Source: Syntrophales bacterium
Lineage (GTDB): Bacteria > Desulfobacterota > Syntrophia > Syntrophales > UBA2185
Length of the DNA: 64,000 bases
NCBI GenBank assembly: GCA_049521775.1
Contig: JBEKOL010000017.1
Location: forward strand, 2,732-66,731
Reading direction: 5' to 3'
Part shown: piece after piece, positions 1 to 8,837 of the stretch
Numbering within the stretch: position 1 is the stretch's first letter
How the letters are laid out: every line of letters starts with the position of its first letter
Made by a program: the position numbers and the translations under genes
The notes under the pieces: generated by a model
The model's database searches: none
Told to the model about the DNA's origin: nothing
The model's input: the letters and a program-made list of their open reading frames with translations, nothing else

Positions 1-498
1 GCCTATGTTGTAAACGAACAATCACTCGCCGGTCTTGCCCGGAAGCTTAAGATAGGAGATTACCTCCTCCTCGGAAGGGGGGAAGAAGGTTCAGGGGGAA
101 GAACCAAGGCATCCATTCTTTCAAACGCCTTCGAAGCGGTTGCAGCTGCTATATATCTCGATTGCGGATTTGAGAAGACATATAAATTCATGGAAAACCT
201 TTTTGAGCCTATCGTTGAGGAAGGAATAAAAAGCATTATCTACAAAGATTATAAAACGGCGCTCCAGGAAATATGCCAGAACCGCTTTAAAGAGATGCCG
301 AGATACACTCTGATCAAAGAAACCGGCCCCGACCATGATAAGGTTTTTGAAATAAGTCTGGCCATAGCAGGCAAGATTATGACCGCAGGCACGGGTAAGA
401 GCAAGAAGGATGCTGAACAGCAGGCGGCCCAGAGGGCATTGGAGGAGTTTGCAAAACTGCAGGATGCTTCCTCTCCCCCTAATGGCGAGTTAGACTGA
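1..498 (+). CDS. rnc: Ribonuclease III, C-terminal part (5' end lies upstream of window)
   Basis: Frame 1 is open from base 1. It reads AYVVNEQSLAGLARKLKIGDYLLLGRGEEGSGGR..SILSNAFEAVAAAIYLDCG (end of the RNase III domain), then a dsRNA-binding domain YKTALQE..GPDHDKVFEI..GKSKKDAEQQAAQRALEEF. TGA stop at 496-498. Confidence 0.9.
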   Translation, partial: AYVVNEQSLAGLARKLKIGDYLLLGRGEEGSGGRTKASILSNAFEAVAAAIYLDCGFEKTYKFMENLFEPIVEEGIKSIIYKDYKTALQEICQNRFKEMPRYTLIKETGPDHDKVFEISLAIAGKIMTAGTGKSKKDAEQQAAQRALEEFAKLQDASSPPNGELD

Positions 499-508
499 AT
501 AGCAATAT

Positions 509-1561
509 ATGACACAGATGATTATCCCTTTTTTTATTGTTTATCAAGGTTGTCCGAACCGCTGCATCTACTGCAACTTACATAAGACTGCCGGTAACTT
601 TTCTGAGAGGATTACAGAAGATACTTTCCGGAGAACGGTTCACAAGTATCTCAATCACCCGAAGAGAAAGGGAAATGGCGCCGAGATTGCATTTTACGGC
701 GGTAATTTTACGGGCATGGCCAAAGACTACCAGAGCGAACTGCTCGGTTTTGCCAGTCCGTTCATAGAAAAAGAGTTGGTGCATGGAGTGAGGATATCTG
801 CGAGACCGGACAGCATTAATAAAGAAAGCCTGGATCTAATGAAGCGGTTCGGTGTAACGACTGTTGAAATCGGAGCCCAATCCATGGTGGATGAAGTGCT
901 AAACCTTTCCAACAGAGGGCATGGAGCGTCGGATGTGTCTGCCGCCATGGAGATGCTGAAGGAACGAGGGTTCAAAACTGGGATACACCTGATGGCGGGC
1001 CTACCGGGAGACAGTCAGTCGGGATTTAGATATACGATTGGGGAGATCATCGCCCTTAAGCCGGATATGGTCAGGATTCATCCTACGGTAGTTCTTCAGG
1101 ATACAGGACTGGCAGAGCTCTTCTTAGACGGAACTTATCTTCCGCTCAGCATGCCCGAGGCCATTGACATGTGCAAGTATGCTTTGAGAAGATTCGGAGA
1201 AGCCAACATCGCTGTGATCCGTGTCGGTTTGCAGACAACACGGGAAATGGAGATGACGGGCAGCATAATCGCCGGCCCCTATCATCCGGCGTTCCGTTCA
1301 CTCGTCGAGGAATCCATATTCTTCGATATGGCATCGGCAATGCTGGCTGACCGAATGATAAGTGAGCAAGAAGTAATTTTTTCGCTCTCTCCCAAAGATG
1401 TCTCATTCTTCCTCGGCCAAAAGAATAAAAACATGCACGTACTGAAAGAGATCTTCGGCCTCACAAAGATAGACATATCCGTTGATCCTGTCCAGGAACG
1501 AGGAACTCTTGCCATGATCGTCGATGGCAGTAAATCGATGACGGAAAGGTTCCGTAATTAA
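509..1561 (+). CDS. Radical SAM protein (Elp3/MiaB/NifB-type core), function unassigned
   Basis: CxxxCxxC cluster motif GCPNRCIYCN near the N-terminus, with AFYGGNFT and EIGAQS core strands. It starts 11 nt after the rnc stop and precedes era. Confidence 0.8.
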   Translation: MTQMIIPFFIVYQGCPNRCIYCNLHKTAGNFSERITEDTFRRTVHKYLNHPKRKGNGAEIAFYGGNFTGMAKDYQSELLGFASPFIEKELVHGVRISARPDSINKESLDLMKRFGVTTVEIGAQSMVDEVLNLSNRGHGASDVSAAMEMLKERGFKTGIHLMAGLPGDSQSGFRYTIGEIIALKPDMVRIHPTVVLQDTGLAELFLDGTYLPLSMPEAIDMCKYALRRFGEANIAVIRVGLQTTREMEMTGSIIAGPYHPAFRSLVEESIFFDMASAMLADRMISEQEVIFSLSPKDVSFFLGQKNKNMHVLKEIFGLTKIDISVDPVQERGTLAMIVDGSKSMTERFRN

Positions 1562-1627
1562 TGGGATTATTGGCTGAGACGGCAGATACAATCATCAGGC
1601 AGCACAAAACCTAACCTTACAGAGAGA

Positions 1628-2527
1628 GTGCAGATGTTCAAGTCCGGTTTTATAGGCATCATTGGCAGACCAAATGTGGGAAAGTCGACGCTTCTGAACA
1701 AGATTATGGGTGAAAAGATAGCCATAACCAGCCATAAGCCGCAGACTACGAGAAACAGGATCACAGGTATCAAGAATGTGGAAAACGGGCAATTGATATT
1801 CATCGACACGCCGGGCATTCATAGGGCGACGACACCGTTAAATGAAATTATGGTGACTGCAGCGAAGGATACCTTCAGAAGCGCTGATATTATCCTTCTG
1901 GTTGTGGAGGCCGTGAAAGGCGTTCACGGCGACGATCAGCTCATTGTTGAATCTCTGAAGAACACTGCACTCCCTGTTATACTGCTCATCAATAAGATCG
2001 ACCTTGTCCGGAAGAAGAATATCCTTCCCGTTATGGACCAGTTCCAGCACCTCTTTTCTTTCTCCGAGATTATCCCCATATCCGCCCTTACCGGTGATGG
2101 GCTTTCCGCCCTGATGGAACAAATATGGAGGCTTCTGCCCGAAGGTCCGCGGTACTTCCCTGATGATATGATGACGGACAGGACCGAGCGTTTTATTGCG
2201 GCAGAGATGATCAGAGAAAAAATTATCATGCTGACCCATCAGGAAATACCTTATGCGACAGCCGTTGTTGTGGATTCGTTTAAAGAAGATGAAGACAAAA
2301 ATCTGCTGGTCATCCAGGCAACAATCAATGTGGCGAAAAATTCTCAGAAAGGCATACTCATAGGCAAGAAAGGCTTCATGCTTAAAGAAATCGGCAAACG
2401 TGCAAGACAGGACATGGAGAAATTTTTTGCCACTCGGATTTACCTGGAGTTATTCGTTAGGGTGAGAAAAGACTGGACCCATGATGCAGGAATGCTCAGA
2501 GAATTCGGGTATTCAGAAAAAACATGA
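1628..2527 (+). CDS. era: GTPase Era
   Basis: G1 GRPNVGKSTLLN, G3 DTPG, G4 NKID and a C-terminal KH domain (GILIGKKGFMLKEIG). The track start at 1628 is GTG; an in-frame ATG at 1634 is an equally plausible start. Confidence 0.95.
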   Translation: MQMFKSGFIGIIGRPNVGKSTLLNKIMGEKIAITSHKPQTTRNRITGIKNVENGQLIFIDTPGIHRATTPLNEIMVTAAKDTFRSADIILLVVEAVKGVHGDDQLIVESLKNTALPVILLINKIDLVRKKNILPVMDQFQHLFSFSEIIPISALTGDGLSALMEQIWRLLPEGPRYFPDDMMTDRTERFIAAEMIREKIIMLTHQEIPYATAVVVDSFKEDEDKNLLVIQATINVAKNSQKGILIGKKGFMLKEIGKRARQDMEKFFATRIYLELFVRVRKDWTHDAGMLREFGYSEKT

Positions 2528-2555
2528 AAGCGGAAAGCTATGAGGCAAAGGTCTG

Positions 2556-3884
2556 GTGAAACCCGTAATCGCTATCATCGGTAGGCCCAACGTCGGGAAA
2601 TCTACACTATTCAATCGCCTGTCTCAGAAGAACAAGGCTATAGTTATCGATGAACCTGGCGCTACGAGAGACCGAAACTATGCGGACTCCACATGGTATG
2701 GCAAGGATTTTATCCTTATCGACACTGGCGGATTTGAGCCGTCTTCCGCGGAAACAATCCTGGTACAGATGCGTGAGCAGGCACATCTGGCAATGGAAGA
2801 GGCAGACGTCATTATTTTCCTCATGGATGGCAGGGAAGGCTTGACCCCGTCGGACAGGGAAATTACTAATATCCTCAGAGGGGTTGAAAAACCTGTTTTC
2901 TTCGTTGTCAACAAAATAGATGGTCCTAAGCAGGAAACCCAGACCTATGAGTTTTATGAACTGGGAATTGATAGGATTTACAGCATCTCCGCGCAGCACG
3001 GGCTCGGCATTCATGAACTTATGGAGGATGTGGCTTTGCATATTGCACCTCCTTCTCACGAATTCCCCGCGGGGGAAAAACCAATCAGGATAGCAGTGAT
3101 CGGAAAACCGAATGTCGGAAAATCATCGCTGGTTAATAAAATCCTTGGATACGAGAGAACTATCGTCAACCCCATACCGGGCACCACGAGAGATGCCATA
3201 GATACGCCCTTCGAATTGAACGGCAAAAAATATCTGCTCATTGACACGGCAGGCATCAGGCGAAAAAGCAGGATCAGTAATGTCCTTGAGAAATACAGCA
3301 TTGTCCAGGCCCTTAAGGCCATAAACCGCTGTGATATAGCTTTGCTCGTAATCGATGCTGAAGAGGGAATGACCGAGCAGGATGCCAAGATCGCGGGGTT
3401 GACCGTAGAAAAAGGAATTGCCTGCATAATCGTTGTGAACAAGTGGGACGCTATAGATAAAGATAACTCCACGGTTGGAAATTATGTCAGAGACATCAAA
3501 GAGACAACTAAGTTCATGGATTATGCACCGATCATCTTTGTGTCAGCCCTCACCGGACAGAGGGTATCCAAGATATTTGACGTTATTGAGACTGTCTTGA
3601 TCCAGTATACAAGACGGGTAAGTACCGCCGAGATTAATCGACTTGTCAGGGAAGTACTCGCATCAAACCCTCCGGCCCGGCATCAAAACAGGGCAAATTC
3701 GTTCAGCTATGTAACTCAGGTATCCTCCGCCCCGCCCACATTTGTTTTTTTTGTCCGTGAACCCCGTGCCATTCATTTTTCGTACAGGCGCTACCTGACC
3801 AACCGGATCAGAGAGGCATTCGGATTTGATCAATCGCCGATCAGAGTTATATTCAGAAAGAAGAGCAGATCAACGGGGGAGTGA
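2556..3884 (+). CDS. der: Ribosome-associated GTPase Der/EngA (two tandem G domains)
   Basis: Two G domains (GRPNVGKSTLFN/DTGG/NKID and GKPNVGKSSLVN/DTAG/NKWD) plus a KH-like C-terminus. GTG start. Confidence 0.95.
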   Translation: MKPVIAIIGRPNVGKSTLFNRLSQKNKAIVIDEPGATRDRNYADSTWYGKDFILIDTGGFEPSSAETILVQMREQAHLAMEEADVIIFLMDGREGLTPSDREITNILRGVEKPVFFVVNKIDGPKQETQTYEFYELGIDRIYSISAQHGLGIHELMEDVALHIAPPSHEFPAGEKPIRIAVIGKPNVGKSSLVNKILGYERTIVNPIPGTTRDAIDTPFELNGKKYLLIDTAGIRRKSRISNVLEKYSIVQALKAINRCDIALLVIDAEEGMTEQDAKIAGLTVEKGIACIIVVNKWDAIDKDNSTVGNYVRDIKETTKFMDYAPIIFVSALTGQRVSKIFDVIETVLIQYTRRVSTAEINRLVREVLASNPPARHQNRANSFSYVTQVSSAPPTFVFFVREPRAIHFSYRRYLTNRIREAFGFDQSPIRVIFRKKSRSTGE

Positions 3885-3891
3885 CGGGCAT

Positions 3892-3948
3892 GAAGAAAGG
3901 GATCTCCATGAATTTGATATTCATAGAGATCCCTTTCTTTTCTTATTC
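3892..3948 (+). terminator. Intrinsic terminator-like compound hairpin after der (may also serve the convergent minus-strand gene)
   Basis: Perfect 13-bp stem agaaagggatctc (3894-3906) / gagatccctttct (3926-3938). An inner 6-bp stem atgaat/attcat sits in the loop. The hairpin is followed by tttcttattc. Confidence 0.55.
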
Positions 3949-3985
3949 GCGTGAAAACCGACGGAAGATGAATCGCACTCGCTAA

Positions 3986-4510
3986 TCAGGCGCCATCCAC
4001 AGCTGTGCGCTCCATCTTTCTGAACCAAGAGACAGGATCGGTTAGGAATTCCTCCGTTTCTTTGAGAGACACGTAGTGTTCGTGTTCTATATTGGCAAGA
4101 AGATTAAAAAATGCCTTTTCCTTCGGGTCGGATACTTGTTCACGGAGGTTTGCATAGTACTCTGTTCCTTTGCCCTCAAATTCTATAGCTACACGGATGG
4201 CTTTGAGGTCATCGGCATCGCCTTTAGCGGTCTTGGGCGCCTTCTGCGCTGCATCCTTCAGGACGCTCTTAATAGCCGTATTTTTAACCTTGAGGGGAAC
4301 CGTTTCGGGCCACTTCTTGTCCTTTTCCCAGTTCGCATGTAGCTGTTTCAGCCTCTCATAGTGCTCCAGTTCCTCGGCGCCTATCTGCTCAAACATCGCC
4401 TTACCTACCGGATTCTTGGTCCTCTGGGCATTCTTGAGATAGAACGCGTGTTCCTTCATCTCGTTGTTGAGGGCAACCTGCAGTGCATTCAGTCGTTCTT
4501 TCATAATCAT
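3986..4510 (-). CDS. Ferritin-like / rubrerythrin-family diiron four-helix-bundle protein
   Basis: Paired E...ExxH-type motifs (NNEMKEHAFY, AEELEHYERL, AIEFEGKGTEYY, NIEHEHYVSL). No signal peptide. 174 aa. Confidence 0.7.
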   Translation of the reverse strand: MIMKERLNALQVALNNEMKEHAFYLKNAQRTKNPVGKAMFEQIGAEELEHYERLKQLHANWEKDKKWPETVPLKVKNTAIKSVLKDAAQKAPKTAKGDADDLKAIRVAIEFEGKGTEYYANLREQVSDPKEKAFFNLLANIEHEHYVSLKETEEFLTDPVSWFRKMERTAVDGA

Positions 4511-4566
4511 TCTCCTTATTCAAATTCAGGTACTGTAGTTTGATTGCGTCATCACACCTTGTCTAA

Positions 4567-4595
4567 AGTGTATTAATGCAAAATCTAATTGTCAA
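4567..4595 (-). promoter_or_regulatory. Putative sigma70-type promoter for the ferritin-like gene
   Basis: Minus strand reads TTGACA (4595-4590), a 17-nt spacer, then TACACT (4572-4567). It lies about 55 nt upstream of the ATG at 4510. Confidence 0.35.
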
Positions 4596-4650
4596 GACCG
4601 AAAGCAGGGGATTAGAATAAATTTTTACTGGCACCTAAAGGCATACATGA

Positions 4651-6249
4651 TCAAAAATCTTTAAGCTCATCGACATATTCCGCAACATTTTGACAAAGAT
4701 CGGATATTCTTTCGAGATGCATTAACATTTCGATAAAAATGGGACCGGCCTCAGCCTGACAGATCCCTTCATAATATCTCACGAGATGTCTTTCTCTCGC
4801 TTCCTTCACCTTTGCATCAATATCTTCCTCGCGCAGGGAAATATTTGTTATTTTTTCCGAATTGCGCTCTCCGATCAGTGATACGGCGTCGCGAAGATTT
4901 TCAGTAGCCCGCTGCTCAATTTCTCCCAGTTCTTTTTTACCCATTTCTGTAAAGCTGACCTCCGCCTGATACTTGTTACTCGCCAGTTTCGCCAGTATGA
5001 CCGCATGATCGCCAATCCTTTCAATGTCGTTTGCCATAGCTGTATACGTGAAGAGTTTTTGTGACAACTCAGGTGACAGTTGCTGACAGGATATCTTGCG
5101 CAAGAAATTCACGATCTCACGCCGCAGGACGTCGATAACAAATTCAACATAGATGATATTTTGCCTCTTCCACTCTTTGTAATCCTTCACCAACTGCAAG
5201 CTGTCGGTGAATATCTTTTGTACGAGCGTAATCTCCCGCTGCAGTTCTTTTCTTACGCACATTAGAGCCTCTCTGGGGTTTACAAGATACCTGTCATCGA
5301 GAAATTCAGGCCATAACGGCAAGATCTCTTCTTCACCGGGTATTACCTTTTTAATCAATCTGGCAAATGGTTTGAGAAAATAAATGAAAAAGGCGACAAT
5401 TAACAGATTAAACAAGAGATGACCGAGGACAATCTGTTGCGCCACATTTGAAGAAAGACTTTTCAAGGCGACGATCAGCCACGGAAGGGCAACCAGGCAG
5501 GCAACAGCGCCGAAACATTTAAAGAAGAGGTGGGAAACAGCACTCCTCTTGCCGCTGATATTCGCGACCGCGCTTGCCATAAGTGCGGGGACGGTCGTCC
5601 CCACATTAGCCCCGAAAACAACGGGAAGAGCGTTTTCAATAGTGATAAGGTCCTGTTGCGCCAGAATAGCGAGAATGCTGATGGGAATGACAGAGGCTTG
5701 TACTATTCCCGTAAAAATAATACCAACCCCAAGACCCAATAACGGATTTTTTGTTTCCTGAAAGAAGCGAATGACCGCCTGATTATCTTTCAATGGCGCA
5801 GTGGTCATCGCCACCAGGCTTAATCCAAAAAATAAAAGGCCAAAATAGAAGATGGCCTCGCCTGCATCCTTCCATTTTGTCTTTCCCGCAAGCCAGAGAA
5901 TGCCGCCTGAGACAATAATAAGGGGAGAAATATCGGCAAATTTCCAGACGACCAGTTGAACAGTTAGTACAGTACCTATGTCCGCACCCAAGATGAGGCC
6001 CAGGGAATGGTAAAAAGTCATCAACCCGGCGCTCACCATACCAACTGTCAATAGTGTTGTCGCCCCGCTGCTTTGAAACAGAATTGTTGTAACTATTCCG
6101 GTTAACAGTCCGTAAACCGGTCTTCTCACTGAATACCTAATATATTCTCTAATGCGTGAAGTGAAAAGCTGCTGCACCCCGGCGCTCAATTTCCTCATGC
6201 CGAATAGGAATAAAATGAGACCAGATGCAAAAACTAACACTTCTTTCAT
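4651..6249 (-). CDS. Na+/phosphate cotransporter family protein with C-terminal PhoU-like repeats
   Basis: The N-terminal half is polytopic membrane with duplicated GANVGTT / GADIGT-type motifs typical of NptA/YjbB. The C-terminal ~200 aa carries two PhoU-type helical repeats (ERIGDHA.., ERISDLC..). Confidence 0.85.
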   Translation of the reverse strand: MKEVLVFASGLILFLFGMRKLSAGVQQLFTSRIREYIRYSVRRPVYGLLTGIVTTILFQSSGATTLLTVGMVSAGLMTFYHSLGLILGADIGTVLTVQLVVWKFADISPLIIVSGGILWLAGKTKWKDAGEAIFYFGLLFFGLSLVAMTTAPLKDNQAVIRFFQETKNPLLGLGVGIIFTGIVQASVIPISILAILAQQDLITIENALPVVFGANVGTTVPALMASAVANISGKRSAVSHLFFKCFGAVACLVALPWLIVALKSLSSNVAQQIVLGHLLFNLLIVAFFIYFLKPFARLIKKVIPGEEEILPLWPEFLDDRYLVNPREALMCVRKELQREITLVQKIFTDSLQLVKDYKEWKRQNIIYVEFVIDVLRREIVNFLRKISCQQLSPELSQKLFTYTAMANDIERIGDHAVILAKLASNKYQAEVSFTEMGKKELGEIEQRATENLRDAVSLIGERNSEKITNISLREEDIDAKVKEARERHLVRYYEGICQAEAGPIFIEMLMHLERISDLCQNVAEYVDELKDF

Positions 6250-6329
6250 GGCAGGTATATTCCCGAATATAAGAAACTCACGCCTATATGGTCTATTTTA
6301 CGACGAAGACTGGGCCTTCAACAAAATCT

Positions 6330-7136
6330 CTAGTACTGGCCCGGAAAATTCGGTTTCCGCTTTTCCTTCTGTGCAAGAATCCCCTCACGTGCATCCTTAC
6401 TCCCGAATACGGGCAAACCGATCTCCAGTTCCCTCTTGCAGGCATCAGTAAATGACATATCCCGTGTTTCCCGGAAACATCTAATTATGCCCTGAACGGC
6501 AAGGGGACCGTTACTCGCAATTCTATCCCCTAATTCTATGGCTCTCTTCATCAGGTCTTCCTGCGACACCACGTAATTGAGAAAACCCCATTCATGAAGA
6601 GTTTTTGCGCGGAAATTGGCTGCTGTCAAAAGGATTTCAAAGGCCCGGCAGGGTGACAGCTGCCGAGGCAGATAAACGTTCGAACCGCCAACCGGCATGA
6701 TCCCAAGACTGGCTTCTCTCATCTGAAAAACTGCATTTTCCGAGGCGATGCGAAGATCGGCACCCATGACCATCTCAAAACCCCCTGTCAAACAGTAGCC
6801 GTTGATGGCAGCAATTACGGGCTTCGAAACAATGTTTGGTTTCAGCATGGCTTCCCCGACATGCGGTCCCACCTGCACCAGCCATCGCTCTGATTCACTC
6901 CTGGGCTCCCTGGCCTTTGTGAGCACAGGTATCGCCGTTTTCAGATCCATGCCGGAGCAGAAGATTTCCGGCAGGCATGAATAGAGAATAACTACGCGTA
7001 CCGTCTCGTCCTCATTGACATCCGTCCACGCACGATGCAAGTCCATCAGGATTTCGGGATCGAGGGCATTCTTTTCCTCGGGACGATTTAGACCTACTTT
7101 TGCGATATGCCCTTCCTTCTCATAGACTAATCCCAT
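6330..7136 (-). CDS. Enoyl-CoA hydratase/isomerase (crotonase) family protein
   Basis: Crotonase fold signatures: FCSGMDLK, AAINGYCLTGGFEMVMGADLRIAS, and oxyanion-hole glycines. 268 aa. Confidence 0.85.
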   Translation of the reverse strand: MGLVYEKEGHIAKVGLNRPEEKNALDPEILMDLHRAWTDVNEDETVRVVILYSCLPEIFCSGMDLKTAIPVLTKAREPRSESERWLVQVGPHVGEAMLKPNIVSKPVIAAINGYCLTGGFEMVMGADLRIASENAVFQMREASLGIMPVGGSNVYLPRQLSPCRAFEILLTAANFRAKTLHEWGFLNYVVSQEDLMKRAIELGDRIASNGPLAVQGIIRCFRETRDMSFTDACKRELEIGLPVFGSKDAREGILAQKEKRKPNFPGQY

Positions 7137-7621
7137 AGCGTTCTCCTTTCAAGGCACCAAAAAGTGAATAGCAGGGCATACCGGCTTGTCCCTCAATATT
7201 GGAAGTATTTGCAAGAGACTCGGCTCGAATATTAAGAGCCTTCCAGTTGCCGTAAACAAGGTGGTTACAAGGGTTATTATCAAATTTACCGGTCAACCTC
7301 AAGACTAATGTACTTTGCTTTCTTGATCTTCGATGGAAGGGCTCTGCCGTGATCCAAGCAACCCCTTTAAGGGAGGGACATTATGTCCTTTATGTCAGAG
7401 AAGATATTTATGGTCTGTAACTTCTTCCATATTTATGATATCAAGATCAGAATTGGTTCATAGCACCATGTGGAAGGGGCATCTCTTCAGCAGCAATGCA
7501 CGATGAATACCTTGCACAGATTATTGAAGAATGTGCAGGATAAAAATTCGCGAAGGGCCTAGCTGTTTTATTCAGCTACTCGTCATCATTCGGTCTTACT
7601 GACAGGAGGAACGGTCAGGAA

Positions 7622-8479
7622 ATGGACGCCGAAATAATAAATCAGATAATCTCAGATATTGAAGATAAGATACTCAACAATGTTAACCTTGGTTTTGACC
7701 CGGATGTGCTTACTGTGCTCAGTGATCCCGACGCGAACGAGAGTGAAATTGAGCTTTTAAAGTCAAAGATGGGAGATGAAATCCTGGTAAGACTCTTCAG
7801 CATAGCCAACTCCTCCTATTACGGGCATCTGAAAAGGGGAACTGTCGATACATTTTACAAGGTTGTGTCCAGGCTGGGCATGGACTTTGCCCGGGTTCTC
7901 ATAATACTCTTGTCGTTTGCAGCCCTATCAAAGGACAAGGAGGTGAGAATTATTTGCGCAAAAAGTTTTGCAACTTCCATAATTGGGGGCAGGATTCTCG
8001 CGAAAGAATTCGGACTGAGGGACGATGATACGAGAAGGGTGGAGATAGGAGGGCTTCTCTTTGACATAGGAAGGATCATCATCGCCCTGTACAGGTCGCT
8101 ATATAAAAATGAGTATGAGCAAGCGCAAATAGGAGAAGATTTTATCTCTCAGCATCAATCACGTCTCGGCATGAAATTTATGGATAAATTCGGTTTGCCG
8201 GAATTCCTGAAGGATGTGATTTCCACCACGTGCCTCACTCTTGAGACGGAACTTATTTCTCTGTCCGGCATAGTCGTTACTGCCTACAGCATTGTAGACC
8301 TGAGCTTCAGAAGGTTTGATAACAAACTCGTTTTGTCCTCACCCATGCCTGATCCGGAGGGAATGATCGTGCATACCATGGGCGCAACCATCGAGGATAT
8401 ATTTAAAGCGGTCGGGGTTGGAGGGTACATTGAAATTAGGAGACCTCCAGTACCAAATCAGAAGTCGTCTGCAGAATGA
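7622..8479 (+). CDS. HDOD domain-containing signalling protein
   Basis: HDOD-like core LVRLFSIANSSYYGHLKRGTVDTFYKVVSRLGMDFARVLIILLSFAAL ... GGLLFDIGRIIIAL. No other recognisable output domain. Confidence 0.65.
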   Translation: MDAEIINQIISDIEDKILNNVNLGFDPDVLTVLSDPDANESEIELLKSKMGDEILVRLFSIANSSYYGHLKRGTVDTFYKVVSRLGMDFARVLIILLSFAALSKDKEVRIICAKSFATSIIGGRILAKEFGLRDDDTRRVEIGGLLFDIGRIIIALYRSLYKNEYEQAQIGEDFISQHQSRLGMKFMDKFGLPEFLKDVISTTCLTLETELISLSGIVVTAYSIVDLSFRRFDNKLVLSSPMPDPEGMIVHTMGATIEDIFKAVGVGGYIEIRRPPVPNQKSSAE

Positions 8480-8557
8480 CAATTATTCGAGCAATACCAT
8501 ACCATTGAAGAGATTCGTCGAGCAATTCAAGAGCCGCTGTCTCTGCTAATATAAAAT

Positions 8558-8587
8558 TTGACACGTAAGGAGCATTTAGTATATAAA
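8558..8587 (+). promoter_or_regulatory. Putative sigma70-type promoter upstream of the PilZ gene
   Basis: TTGACA (8558-8563), a 16-nt spacer, then TATATA (8580-8585, continuing as TATAAA). It would give a leader of about 245 nt before the ATG at 8838. Confidence 0.35.
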
Positions 8588-8837
8588 ATAACATTAATTT
8601 TTATCTCAGGGAAGGAAGGGTAGCGCTTCCGGATCAACATATAGTGGCCTTTTCCGATCCGGCATCTCCTCAATCTATCTTGCGGAAATCGCATTTCTGC
8701 CTTCTATGCTGTAATTGCTTTCAAATCCTTATGGCCGAATACGCTTTTTCAGAAAAACGGCATCCTTAACATTTCTCGACAACATGGAATAACTGCCGCA
8801 AGTTTGTTATGCCGAAAAAATTCTAGGCCTTCGATAA

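Noticed and set aside
3888-3983. 31-codon ORF (ATG at 3890) overlapping the der terminator hairpin.
   Set aside because: The sequence is explained by the 13+6-bp hairpin, and there is no SD. The open frame is probably accidental.
8588-8837. Possible c-di-GMP (GEMM) riboswitch in the leader of the PilZ gene.
   Set aside because: I could not find the conserved GEMM-I/II core elements (for example ..GCAAA..GGCAAACC..GACGCAAAGCC..). Only generic short hairpins are present.
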